Assembly: GCF_006345805.1 (NCBI RefSeq)
Contig: NC_043000.1
Location: forward strand, 49,290,001-49,354,000
Direction of reading: 5' to 3'
Source of the DNA: Octopus sinensis
Lineage: Eukaryota
Length of the DNA: 64,000 bases
The notes under the pieces are model-generated. The model was not told the origin of the DNA. It ran no database searches and saw only the letters and a list, made by a program, of their open reading frames with translations. A program made the position numbers and the translations under genes. Shown here in pieces: positions 40,824-54,906 of this stretch (positions within the stretch are counted from its first letter, which is position 1; every line of letters starts with the position of its first letter).

Positions 40824-41054
40824 AGACGTCGAGCAGGCAGAAACGTTAGCACGCCGGACGAAATCCGTAGCCGTATTTCGTCTGCCGTTACGTTCTGAGT
40901 TCAAATTCCGCCGAGGTCGACTTTGCCTTTCATCCTTTCGGGGTCGATAAATTAAGTACCAGTTATGCACTAGGATCGATATGGTCGACTTCATCCGTCT
41001 GTCTGTCCTTGTTTGTCTCCTCTGTGTTTAGCCCCTAGTGGGTAGTAAAGAAAT
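40824..41054 (+). mobile_element. SINE A (alternative-tail subtype) with 22-bp TSD
   Basis: aggtatcacatacgcttgttta at 40802-40823 and 41055-41076; closely similar to 56056-56286. Confidence 0.92.
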
Positions 41055-41161
41055 AGGTATCACATACGCTTGTTTAGAAAACCTTCCTGAGGTACATTTT
41101 AACAGATAAATTGCTGATGTTCAAGATCAGTGTTACTACATTCATTTTACTTCTGTATGTA

Positions 41162-41320
41162 AGCACAGCATAGCTGTATGGTAAGAAGTTTACTTCCCAA
41201 CCAAATGGTTTGGGGTTCAGTCCCAATGTGTGACACTTCGGATAAGTGTCTTCTATTATAACCCCGAGCCGACTGCAGCTTTGAGAGTGAATTTGGCAGA
41301 CGGAAACTTAAAGGGGCCCA

Positions 41321-41388
<68 letters not shown>

Positions 41389-41630
41389 GCGTGTGTGTGT
41401 GTGTCTTTATGTTGATAGTTGTCCTCAACAACTGTTTCGCAACTGCATTTGGTTTGTTTACGTCCTCATAACTTAGCGATTAGGTGAACGAGAAAGAGAC
41501 CTGTAGAATAAGCACCAGGCTTATTAGAAACAAAACTAGTACTGGAGTCAATTTCTTCGAGTAAAAACCTGCCAAAGCGGTGCTCCAGCATGACCGCATT
41601 CTAATACCTTAAACGGGTAGAAGATAAAAA
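41162..41630 (+). mobile_element. SINE family B with expanded (GT)n core
   Basis: Head and tail present, with about 80 bp of GT repeat inside. Confidence 0.82.
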
Positions 41631-42319
41631 TACAAACAATAGTCTTCACACTTCGACTTAGAAAGAGCCGTGTGATTAAGACGATCACTTCGCGATCTTC
41701 GCAACAGAGAAAAGTAGTGTCACTAATTATGAATATCAACTATACAACTAAAGGAACGTATGTCAGTATGTCAGTCTTGTGTATTAATGCACATAAGTAG
41801 AGGCTCATAAATGTGCATACAGATCATTTTCCTTATGATCCGTTCCTTCATTCATTCACGATGTCACTAGATTCTTCCAATTTCTCTATTTACTTATCAC
41901 TTTTTCAGTGTTCCCAGCTGAGGGACACACGTTTTGAAGAAGAGGTATATTACAGACGAAATATTTGCTCTGTTTTCACCAGTTGGCTACAGAGACAACA
42001 ACTAATCCCGTCCATTTCGTTTTCATTTTTCATATATTTCGCTTAGCTTATATTATGTCGAGTTCAAAAAACATAACAGGGAGAGTTAATGGCGCGAACA
42101 TTCTGTATGGCGTCTACCTTTTGCAAATAAGTATTTTTCTTTAGAGTCTAGATAACAATACCGTTCGTTGTAAGTAGATTTGATAGACGCAAAGTGTGAA
42201 AAAGACCGCGTATATCTACATTTACATCTATTTACTCAAACCGTTCTATTTATCTCTCTATCGATCGAGTGATCTATTTATCTATCTATCTATGTGTGTT
42301 TGTGTGTAAGTATATGTAT

Positions 42320-42401
42320 TATGTATGTATGTATGTATGTATGTATATATATATTATATATATATATAATATATATATATATATATGCGTGTGTGTATAC
42401 A

Positions 42402-42432
<31 letters not shown>

Positions 42433-42615
42433 GCATGTATATATGAATATATATATAAGTGTATATATGTATATGTATATATATGTGTATATATATATGT
42501 GTGTGTGTGTATATGTATGTATATATATATTATATATATATATATTATATATATATATATATATATACATATATATATGTATATATATATATATGTATGT
42601 ATATATATGTGCATG

Positions 42616-42687
<72 letters not shown>

Positions 42688-42690
42688 CGC
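42320..42690. repeat. Complex TA/TG microsatellite
   Basis: Source of the spurious YIYI ORFs. Confidence 0.95.
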
Positions 42691-44028
42691 TCGCGTGTGT
42701 GTGTGTGTGTGTATGTGTGTTCATCGAGCTTCGTCCCCTAAGTTACCCTTTCGATGAATAAAGATTAATAAAGCAGGTACTAGAATGAATTATGCACCGA
42801 AGTTGAGATGATAGTCTTCAATTCTTGAAGGTTGTGCATCTGTATAGCCGCAGTCCAATCATCGAAACCAATAACAGAACAGACACTTACACACATGCAC
42901 ACGTTGTGAAATAATGAATAAATCGCAACGTGATAAAACGATGGTAGCAAGAAAGTAAGAAACATGCCTCCTTCTTCACCTCATCGTTTGTTTCTTAGCT
43001 CGTTATTTAGAATGTCACTTTTTATTAAGGAAGGGATAATTGCATGAACCACACTGCACGCAGGCGTTCCCTGTCCTATCGATTCTAAATAAATCTAATG
43101 ATTATATTCCCTTGAATTAGCAGTAAATTTTATCTTAATATAATCCTTTCCCATAATCCACTGCCGCCCACCGCCCAAAGCATGCCGCCAAACGTGCGCC
43201 GCCTATCATTGACAAATAAGTTTGGAAATTACTGTTGCTTGTTTGAATGCAGCTTTCGTCTATGGGCTAAAACATTAGTTATATGAGATTCTCCTAACTC
43301 GTAAACACAATCACAATAGAAGCGAAATAAAGAAAGAGGAAAACGAAGAAATAGATAAATAAATAAATACAAGAAAAAAAAACTATAAGGAACTGTATAA
43401 AGAGAAGAAATCTAAGATGTTTGACGAATTGTATTTCAAATGCAATCCAGAGCTGTCCGGAAATGAACGCTTGTAGGTGATCTTCTGTTACAATTATTTT
43501 ACTTTTAAAAGGCAGCACACACCACTTCGTACATTTGTCTACGTAGACGTGCATACATGGACATTTATATAAAAATATAGTTACGAGTGTACGGAAATCT
43601 ACGTATGCATCTATATATGTGCATGCATGCATGTAGGTGTATATGTATGTGTATACACACACACACACAATTTGTCTCTATATTTACCAAGTCTTGTTCT
43701 CTTCCAAGTACCAAGATATTTTTCAAGTGTCAAGATTTTCCGAGCTATTCTTATGAGAGCTTCATTCTTATCTTTTCTGAGAATTATATGATAATTCCTA
43801 TAAAACGTGATAGTTTTATTGAAGTTGTTGCGTTATTGTCTTCTCGAATACCATCCAACCACCACATTTACACTGCTTCTACTCTGGTTTTGTATTTGCA
43901 ACTTTTTCGCATTTTCTTTCGATATATTGATTAAAAATCGGTTTTACTTTGTTTCGTCTCTTTCACCAACTTTTTTCTCTCTTTTGTTAATACTATTGTC
44001 ATGGAGATAGAAGGGCTTGTACATATAC

Positions 44029-44073
<45 letters not shown>

Positions 44074-44074
44074 T

Positions 44075-44370
44075 TCTTTTACTCGTTTCGCTCATTGCAC
44101 CGCAACCATGCTGACGTACATCTTTAAAGGGTTCCATCGAACAAATCATTCCCAGTATTTAAGTTTTAAGGCCTGATCCTACCTTATTCTATCTGCTATA
44201 GCCCCGGGCCGACCAATGCCCCGTCACTTAGCGGTTCGGCAAAAGAGACCGATAGAATAAGTACAGGGCTTACAAAGAATAAGTCCCGGGGTCGATTTGC
44301 TCGACTAAAGGCGGTGCTCCAGCATGGCCGCAGTCAAATGACTGAAACAAGTAAAGAGTAATAAAAGAGA
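44075..44370. mobile_element. Inverted SINE-B tail (-) next to an internally deleted SINE B (+)
   Basis: 44075-44165 is a reverse-complement tail; 44187-44370 joins ccaatgcc directly to ccgtcacttagcgg, lacking the microsatellite core. Confidence 0.75.
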
Positions 44371-44394
44371 ATATATATATATATATAGATTTAT

Positions 44395-44440
<46 letters not shown>

Positions 44441-44739
44441 CTTCGAAATGCGGAGTAGACGAAACAGGGACAACTAAAGAGGGTGAATATTCCTTGTGTT
44501 GTATGTCTTGTTCTGTCTTTTCTTTGTTTTAAAATAAGTTCGTTTACATGTTTTTGTTTTTATGTTTTCGTTTCTTATTGTGTTCAATGTTTTGTGATGT
44601 CCTGTACCCATATATGCATGTATATATACATATAGATGTAAGTATATACATATATGTATGTATATATGCATATATTTATATATCATTTATATTATTATAT
44701 GATCGAACGCCACGCATCCTTTTCCAAGTAAGTTTTATA

Positions 44740-44797
<58 letters not shown>

Positions 44798-45171
44798 ACA
44801 AGCCCAGACTTAACCATTCCAACATACTGATACAGAGAAATTCACACCAAGGGAAAGGCAAAAAATTTTAAGCGATTATTTCCCTTACACCGGAAGAAAT
44901 CACTCATTATCTCCCCTTATTTAGAACTCTTTTAAACATAAACATAACGATAGCTCTGTTCAACATAAACATAACGACGTTAGAAATTTGAAAAGCTAAA
45001 CGCGAAACCGGTCTTTCTTCTAAACTATGTCATTGTAAGAAAAATTTTTTTAATATTCTTCAGACATATTGACTCAAATATATATTTTTTAAAACTTTAA
45101 GCCTTCTGTAGTTTTTTCACTTTTTACTATTTTCTATATATTCAACACGTTCTTTCACAAACCAACTTTCT

Positions 45172-45227
<56 letters not shown>

Positions 45228-45470
45228 TAAATATAAGATCTTATATATATGTATTAAATTCTTGTACAAATATAATTATTCGCATCCAATTTTTCACAGA
45301 TATTTACATGTATTCATTATGTATAATGCGCCCATTTATCTCTCATTTTTTATTTATTATTTTACTTTTTACATTTTTTTGTATGTCTATATGTATAAAT
45401 ATTTGAACGTATTTATATTTATATATGCGTTCATATATATATATATATATACATATATACGTACATATAC

Positions 45471-45522
<52 letters not shown>

Positions 45523-45961
45523 TATACCTATACCTCTACTCATTTTATTTTTATTTTACTTAAGTATTATACACACTTATTACTTAAATTTTTTATAAAT
45601 ATATTACCCTAGTATTAATATGATACTTATGTACAAGGTTAATTGCTATATATTTTTTATCTCCATACTTTTTTATGATTACACAGAATATGTTATATTC
45701 CTCAAATTTTTATAAGCATATTTACCATTATATTAATTTGATACTTAAACTGTTTATTACTTTATTTCTTTATATTTTTAATATTTACCCGAAGCATATT
45801 ATATTATATTATATTCTTTTTTATATCTACTTCTCTATATATACTACCTTTCCCCGCTTTATAAGGTCTATACCAATTTTTTCTCTTAAACAATACACAA
45901 TTAGCCGAAATGTTCCACACACTTAACACATAAAAACATAAAAATGTTATGGTACATCATT

Positions 45962-46046
45962 TTCTAACACCGACGAGATTCAGCTTTATAAGGATTTAAT
46001 CATTTTAATTAATGTTTGAAGTCTGAATCGAAACAGCTGTCCAGAA
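45962..46046 (+). ncRNA. Type-I hammerhead-like motif with extended helix II (core CCGACGA)
   Basis: CCGACGA (45970-45976), GATTCAG, 39-nt loop, CTGAATC, GAAA, then palindromic ACAGCTGT with a GTC site at 46039-46041; helix I imperfect. Confidence 0.55.
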
Positions 46047-46119
46047 TTATATATATTTTTATAATTAATAAATATAATTATTAATTGATTTATCTCTATT
46101 TTCTGATTTTTTCTCATAC

Positions 46120-46295
46120 ATATATTTATATATAAATATATGTATATATGCATATACATATGTATGTATATATATATATGTGTGTATATATATACATGTA
46201 TATATATATATTATATATATATATCTGTGTGTGTGTGTGTGTGTGTGTGCATACATGTATATATATATGCATACATGTGTATATACATATACATA

Positions 46296-46350
<55 letters not shown>

Positions 46351-46406
46351 TATATATATATGCATATATATGTATATATATATGCATATATAATATATAT
46401 GTATAT

Positions 46407-46440
<34 letters not shown>

Positions 46441-46556
46441 AATATACATATATATTTATATATGCATATATATATATATATGCATATATATATATATATA
46501 TATATAGGTATGTATATGTATATACACATGTATGCATATATATATATACATGTATG

Positions 46557-46613
<57 letters not shown>

Positions 46614-46700
46614 ATATATACACACATATATATATACATACATATGTATATGCATATATACATATATTTATATATATATATATAAATCTATGTATATATG
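46120..46700. repeat. Complex TA/CA microsatellite with internal inverted duplication of blocks
   Basis: Source of several spurious ORFs of 67-196 aa. Confidence 0.9.
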
Positions 46701-46704
46701 TGTA

Positions 46705-49135
46705 TATACCAACACCTCCCAAAGCAGCAAAGTAGAAGTAGAAAAAGAAGACACAAGACGACAGCCAAGTGAAAATAGTTATAAAATATAAAGCCAAATC
46801 AGACCCTTTCAGAGAAAAAAGTCCATCTGCAATTTCCACAAAGGAGGTGTCTGCTGGCATGAAAGAGTGGGACAAACTGCTGCTTTCCGCACCCAGCGCT
46901 GGAGCAAAATCTAGCACTCACCCAACGAAGGAAACAACCACTCTTAGCAATATCTATATTCCAGCACAAACCTTCAGAAAGTAGGCCAGACAGCAGTCAT
47001 ATACAGATGCAGTATAAGCTGCAGCGGTTGAGCAAGAACATTTCTTAAGTGTGGCACAGGAAATAGTGCAACGGTTGCCATGGCTACAGACAAAGCTGAG
47101 TTATGTACCCTCGCACACAAGACCGGCACTATTGATGAATCCCGGTTGGCAACCACTGCCACCAAACCACCTAATACACCAACACCAACGTCATTTCTAC
47201 TGATGAATATAAGACGGCTGCTGCAAAACAGCATCGAATGCAAAATTGAGCACCTGAAGAATCTTTCTGCTTGTAATCAAGCTATATGCATTGCACTTAC
47301 AGAAACACATCTATCTGCAGACATAAGTGATGCGAAGATACATATACCAATGTATGCTACCTTCCGTATCGACAGAAGAAAACGAAGTCTCGGTGGAGTT
47401 GCAATGTACATCCGAGAAGATGTCACACCATTAACCCTGTTATCAAACTCGAACTCGGTGTGTGACACACTCATAGTACATCTCAAGCAATTAGATATAG
47501 TAATATGCTCAATCAATCATCCACCTGATGCCTCAAATCATGATCGAAAATTTGAGGAAGCCTCAGTTCGATAAAGGAGGTACTAACACAATTGGATCAA
47601 CATACTACCATTTTCCTGATAGGTGACTTCAACTTCCCCAACATCAGATGGCCTGGGGGCAATATAACCCCAGGAATGACGCACAAAAAGCGAAATCAAG
47701 CAGAATCACTTCTTGATCTTGCGAAAATGCTGTTCAGGAAGTAGATCATGCTCTCTCCAACCAGACACAAAAATATCCTGTACCTCTGTTTTACAATGTG
47801 GAAATTATCCACAACGTAACTATATCACCGACAATATTCTCAGACCATAACATGATAGAACTGGGAAAGTATGGTCCGGAATTAACTAAAGATAAACTCC
47901 GCACAGATGACGCTCAAACTCTATCCAACTCTACCCAAAATTTCTATAAGGCTGACTGGAAGGCACTTGAAAACAGATACTCCAGTAGGACTGGCCTAAA
48001 AGCCTCTCTATGGAAGTCATTGATATAAAACTGAATAAATTCATATCTATAATGCGAGCCATGTGCATTAAATATGTCCAAGAGAAGGGAGCCAATATAC
48101 ACAAAAACACCATTCCCCGAGGCTGGAGAATACTCATGCGGCGGAGAATAAAGATCGCCTTAATGACAATGGAAAATCCCACTTGACAGAGGAACTTTTC
48201 GATACAGATAGAAAATAAACTTAAAATCTCCCATGAAAAAGAAAGAGAAGAAAGAGAAACCTGGGCAGTCAAAACTATAAAAAGAAATCCTAAAGCTATC
48301 TACACGTTGGCAAAGGAGTCTGCCGCAGTACGCTATAAGACAGGGCTAGTATTTGGTAAAAATGACTCACTAACTGCAGACCCAGGGAACATAGGTGAAG
48401 CACTAAATAAACAATTCCGAAGTGTTTTCACTTCTCTGGAAAATATGCAAATAAACAAGCCAAAGGAGTTTTTCAATGTGATAAATCTATTCGGAAAAGA
48501 AGCAACCATCGATTACACCAACATAACAGAAGAGGATGTAATATCGGCCATTGATGAGATGAGATCAAACTCAGAAACAGGCCCAGATGGACTCCCAACT
48601 GTTCTCTTAAAGACATATAAAAAGGCTCTTGTAAAACCACTGCAGATGCTCTTTCAGAGTTTCTTTGCAGGTGGTATAGTTACCAACATGCTAAAAGAGG
48701 GTATAATATGCCCTGTCTATAAAGGAGGGAGCAGAGCAGATGCTAAAAACTACAGGCCCATCTCTCTGACCTCACGTGTTATCAAGACAATAATAGAACG
48801 CATTGTCAGAAAAAAGGCTGATCACGTTCCTAGAAAAAAACAACCTTCTCATAAACACGCAACATGGCTTCTGTCCAGGGAGGAACTACTTCACACAGTT
48901 GCTACAGCACTTTGAATAGATACTGAAGCAACAGCTAAACCAGTGAGCTGTAGAAGTGGTATACCTCGACTTTGCCGAGGCTTTCGACAAGGTTGATCAT
49001 GGCATATATCACAAGCTGCGAAACCTTGGTATTACCGGAAACTGGGAGAGTGGGTGCATGATTTTCTGAAGGGCAGGAGTCAGACAGTTGTAGCCAATGG
49101 TGCTCACTCTGAAGAGAGTTCGGCTGGGGAGATTC
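46705..49135 (+). mobile_element. Degraded CR1-type LINE (possible ORF1 tail, APE endonuclease, N-terminal half of RT), 3'-truncated
   Basis: ALTETHL, FRIDR..GGVAMYI, LIGDFNFPNIRW, FSDHN, GPDG, PVYKGG..KNYRPISLTS and [14 protein letters not shown] occur in order; many stops and frameshifts. Confidence 0.93.
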
Positions 49136-49265
49136 AGATATCGGGCACATACACACATATATACTCACATATACATACACACACACACATATATATATAT
49201 ATAAATATATATATATATGCATATATAGACATATGTATATGCATATATAGACATATGTATATGCA

Positions 49266-49374
<109 letters not shown>

Positions 49375-49431
49375 ATATATAACAGAATGTGACAAAGTTG
49401 GCCCTTTAAATTATTGATGCAACTTATTCTT

Positions 49432-49558
49432 GCCAGTTGAATGTGCTGGAGCAAACGTAAAATAAAATGTCTTGCTCAAGGTCACAACGCCCCTGCCGAG
49501 AATAGAATTCCTGAATTACGATTGTGAGCCGTTTTCCCTAACCCCTGATCCATATGCC

Positions 49559-49562
<4 letters not shown>
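49432..49562 (-). mobile_element. SINE family C fragment
   Basis: gctggagcaaacgtaaaataaaatgtcttgctcaagg...ccctaacc. Confidence 0.7.
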
Positions 49563-49598
<36 letters not shown>

Positions 49599-50082
49599 TA
49601 CAAAATAAACACATGTACGTGTGTGTGTTTGTATACATATAAATACAGAAAACTCACTTTCTCTATTTCTTTCTCTCCCCCCTCTCTCTCTCTCTCTCTT
49701 TCCCTCTCTCTATCTTTTTCTCTCATGCAATCTTACGTTCATTTTTACTCCAACAGGGAAGGGTTTTGACATTAAGATACGTTGCGATTACACGACTTAC
49801 TACTATTTCATTATTTCAATAAGATGGTTCGTGTGAGGGGCGGTATTAGATAGGATTTACTTCTAATCATTGCTTCAGTAAGATGACGATGCAAAATACG
49901 GTGTGATCTACGAGTTACTTCGGGAGGGTGTGAGATAAGCAGTGAGAGGAAGTCTGGTAGTCTTTCGATTTCTATTATATTAAAGTTATACCTATAAACA
50001 GACGTGTATAAGGTATTACATTCACACACCACACACACATATATATAATATATATATTATATATATCTATATATATATATAT

Positions 50083-50116
<34 letters not shown>

Positions 50117-51467
50117 GCAGGCTTAAATACACATATACATTCATGTTGATACTCTTGCAAATACATATACAAAACTAAATTCCTCTGTGTGTGTGTATGT
50201 GTGTGTGTGTGGTGGTGTGTGTGTGTGTGTGTGTGTGCGCGTTCGCGCTTTGACGTCAACAGTCTTCCATGTAAGAAGTCATTTCATTGAAGAGAAACCT
50301 AAATGAAATCTACAGGAAAAAAAAATACAGAAAAGAAATAAAATAACCTACAAGTGATATCGAGATTGAAATAATAGAATTAACTGCTGAATAGAAATCA
50401 GAACTGGAAAATACTCATAAGATTTCCCTTACATATATATGCTGGCTTAATTCGCTTTTCATTTCAATGTTAGTGGAAATATTATGATCGTTGATGATGT
50501 TGATGTTTCCACATCGTCGTGGTCGCCATCATCACTGTTCTTGTGGCTTTATCGTCGTATTTTTTTTAAACTTGAACACACAAAAACGTTGTACGGTAAC
50601 AGCTGTCTTGTTTATTACTAAATGATTTGTTTTAATCCAAAGACAAAAATCCGTAAATATCATGATGAATGCAACCGTCAAGAAAATCTTATCAGAAAAT
50701 GAATGAACAGTTGTTAATTGCAAATGGCAAACAGAAAAATAGCGAATCTAAATAAACATAAGCAATTAGCGTTGTCATAATGTTTCTTGTTTACTTTCGT
50801 TTTATTTTGTTTCCAAGTCATTTTTTTTATTGGCTACTAATATAGTTGCTTTAGTTTACAAATTCTTCATGTAAACAAGATAACGTTGTTAGAGAATTAA
50901 TTAAGAAGAGAATAACGTAATAATGTATTAAATAAGTTCCAAACCTAAACTACATGTTTACATCGTTTATTTCAAAATTAAGTGGTATTTAGGTTCGTTT
51001 AGATATTTGAAATATTTCTTTTGCAATCCCCGAAATATGAAGTCTTGTGTCTGTGTTAAAATCGATATTCCATCAGGGTAAAACCTGAAAATATAACCCT
51101 TGGTTTTATTTGATCCATACTATAGTCCACTCTGACATTTCTCATGATTTTTCTTTCTCTCCATTACTTCTCATCATAAACACGACAATGGGACAACAAC
51201 CTACTAAAGATACTAGCCAAATCCCCTTCAAATTACACTTAATGTCTTTAAAAGAAGACAACACATCGAAAATCCTATTCAAAATCTGGACAGCGCTGAC
51301 AGGAATTTCCTTGATCTAGAGTATACTTAATCAAGGATAATCAGGATTCAATTAAAACAGCACATACACATTTGAATGTGGTGGTGACCCGGGTTTAAAC
51401 AACAAAAATATTTTTTAATCTCACATGTTCGAAGCTTATTCTAATATCTTGGCAAAAGAATTCATAG

Positions 51468-51890
51468 ATGTTTTCGGTTTGAACGGCAGTTTTTTTTAAT
51501 AATTTCCACGTAACTAAACACTTTTAAACTTCGTATACTGGTAGAATGTGTTTATAAAACATATTTTTCTCTTGGCTTTATTGAGAAAATTCTATAGTTT
51601 GTAAGATATTTGTTGTTGTTTTTCTTCAATTTCTGCAATTTCAACCAATCAGTGACGTCTATTGAGGTGAAAACATTCTGTGCCGTATGAATGTGCCCCT
51701 CGTTTAAGAAACAGATTGGGTTTATTTACATTTTTGAAGAAAAAAAGATATCCTTCCCACCACCCCTAACCCTAACTAACCGTAACCCTAAAACAGATTG
51801 AAATGCAATAGATCGATACTAGGATCATAATTATGGGTGACAATTTCATATGACACTGCTAGAAAAACTGCCGTTCAAACCGAAAAGATC
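51468..51890. mobile_element. MITE-like element with 28-bp TIRs and internal CCCTAA repeats
   Basis: gatgttttcggtttgaacggcagttttt and aaaaactgccgttcaaaccgaaaagatc (one mismatch); ccctaaccctaactaaccgtaaccctaa at about 51765-51792. Confidence 0.8.
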
Positions 51891-54029
51891 CGAATTCATT
51901 ATTGCATACTTTTATGTATTTAATGTGTTTATTTAGATATAAAGTAAAAAATATTATCAGAAAATATTTTGGGGAATATATTATGTAACAATGTTTCTTG
52001 TGTGCGAAAAAAGTTCGCTTTTCAAACACGTCGTAATAACGTGTTTTTAGGTTCAATACCATGCCTTTTGTGTACCATACAAAATTAGACGTCCATATTC
52101 CCTGACTCAGCGAGAAGTTGAGCATCTTGCATCTTTCAGGTAAAAATTGCTGATTGAGTTAAAATTCCAGTGAAAGACCAAATGAATCAAATGTGAAGCA
52201 ATATATTTATTACCTAACTCCCGTATATGTTGTCTGATGATATATCTATATGTTCGCAATCAAGTATGTGTCTATTATTTTACATGACACCTTGTTTACT
52301 TAGTTCTTGCTTTTCTTTTCTTTTTCGTATGTTTAGAGGATTTTTGCTTATTTGTTTTCTTCCGCTCAAATCTGTATTTTTGCTTTTATTTAGACAGCTC
52401 CACCTCCTTCATACTCATATATATATCCTTACACATATAAGCATCTCCAGTTTTCATTTCAAATGAATGAATGAGTGAATAGTTTGATGACATCAATAGT
52501 AATATATGAGATATGCCATCCTCCGCTACACTCCCCGTCTAATGAAAAGAAACTGAAAGTAATAAAACAACGTGTAAAGAATGAAAAGTATGAAAGAAAG
52601 CCTTGTAATAAATGTTCTCTGGTCGCATTGATTGCGATAAATTTTACGTGCGGTCATAACGATTTTCTACTTCAAAGATCTTCTCACTTAGCTTTAATAT
52701 TTTAGTTTTCATCTCCCGAAATCAATCCATGATAGGGTTTTCATGATAGCAGAAATCGTATCTTCCCTTTTATTTAGCTTTTCAATGTTCACAGGGGGGT
52801 TTACCTTTAAAAAAAAGTGTTTGAGTGTATGCGTCCTGTATGTGTGTTTGTGCATATTCATGTGCGTATGTCTGTCTGTTATATGCGTCTAGCATTGTGT
52901 ACGTATGTGTATGTATGTTGTATGTGTGTATCACAAGTCTCTGTCCTCGTGCTATATTAGCCAAAACAGCATTAGCTATCTTTTCAGTTCTACATTCGCT
53001 AATGTTTTCTTTTTGACATTTTATATCCAATAAATCCGTAAGTGCACAGCATTTCTAATTCGAAACGTGCGTGTGTATGTATGTGTGTGTCTGCCATTGT
53101 AAATAAATGTGCGTACACTTGTTTGTCAGTTGATGAATACGTGTGCATCTGTATGACGTAAGCGTATTCATATCTGTGTATGCAAGCGTGTGCATGTGCT
53201 GGTATGAATATTTATGTGCATGCAAATCTCTGTGTGTGCATATCTTTGAATGTGCTTCTTTATGTTTCTGTTTGGAGCAATTTCTTGTGTACTTATCGGT
53301 TTTTCTCTGTTCTTATTCTATAATAACACTTATCCATCATACCAGTCACACTTAGCTTATACAACTTCTCAAGAGAATTCTCATAATTTCAAATATTACC
53401 ATCTTATAGGGTATATTAGACATACAGTAACACCTGACACAGTATGTATACGTGTATTCATAAATCTATATAGTACGTGTGTGTGTGCGCGCGTATATGT
53501 GCGTGTGGGTTTTGTGTGTGTGTGTGTGTGTGCACAACATAACATGTATTAGAAAACTTAAGATAAATTAAAGATAGTTTTTAAACTATTTGCTGTGGAA
53601 CTTGAAACATATCTGCATTCATCTTGTTTTTTTCTTCGTAGACTAAAAAGTATTTGAGGTAGCCCCGACATGTTCCACGGTTCGTTGATCACTCATAAAA
53701 AGATAATTACCTCCACTCCATGTCTCTGGCCCGATGATAGCATATAGGGAATTAAGATATATATCAAACATAAATTATAGCTTAACTATATCGGAAAAGT
53801 AGCTTTCACTTCTGCGTAAATAAATGTGTATGTGTGTCTATATAAACACACACACACACACACTATATATATATTATATATTAATATAATACATATATAT
53901 ATATATATATTAATATATATAATATATATATATATATATAATATGTATATATATATATATAATATGTATATATATATGTATATATAGTTATATATGTATA
54001 TATATATATAGGTATGATATATAATATGT

Positions 54030-54090
<61 letters not shown>

Positions 54091-54098
54091 TATATAAT

Positions 54099-54158
<60 letters not shown>

Positions 54159-54695
54159 GAGTTTGTCTCAGCTCTATACGACTTAAGTTTCGTGGAATCG
54201 TCGGACGAACCGACCTTGTCCCTTATCTAGAGAAAAGTAATGGGGTTTGAGACAAATTCATGATGGCGTCTCGATACCGCCATTATTGGTGGTGGTGCTT
54301 CTGGTTAGAGACCTATATCAGTTCTTACCTTATTCTTTGGCCCACATGCTCGGATAGGTTGTTGTTGGGTAGTTGTTGCCACTATGTATGTAGACTGCGG
54401 TATGGTGTAATTGGTTCCATCACTTCAATACGTTTGATACCTACAATACATGGTAAGGTGGGAGTAATGTTGAGGATTAGTAGATAATTCTCAGGGAAGA
54501 ATTAACACACTATTGGTTTCAGTATTTCCGTGGAAGCAACGAAATATGTTGGCGCGAGCTTAAAACTTAAGCTGGATGATCAGCTTACGTGGAGCTGTCT
54601 CCATATGGGGATGCAGGTGTAAAAGACAGTTACATGACAAAAATTAAACAATTACTGTACATATCATCGCAAAACAAAAAAAAAGTAAAGAACAT

Positions 54696-54861
54696 AGGCG
54701 TAGGAGTGGCTGTTTGGTAAGTAGCTTGCTTACGAACCACATGGTTCCGGGTTCAGTCCCACCGCGTGGCACCTTGGGCAAGTGTCTTCTACTTTAGCCT
54801 CGGGCCGACCAAAACCTTGTGAGTGGATTTGGTAGACGGAAACTGAAAGAAGCCCGTCGTA

Positions 54862-54906
<45 letters not shown>

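Noticed and set aside
46065-46791. Longest ORFs in the track (196, 143 and 100 aa)
   Set aside because: Translations of TA/CA microsatellites (YIYI, CVCV); the same applies to most other track ORFs
51110-51319. ORF faintly like a Penelope GIY-YIG C-terminus
   Set aside because: No GIY or YIG motif is visible; similarity too weak
54157-54260. Possible short-TIR element (gagtttgtctca / tgagacaaattc)
   Set aside because: Only about 11 bp with a mismatch and no matching TSD
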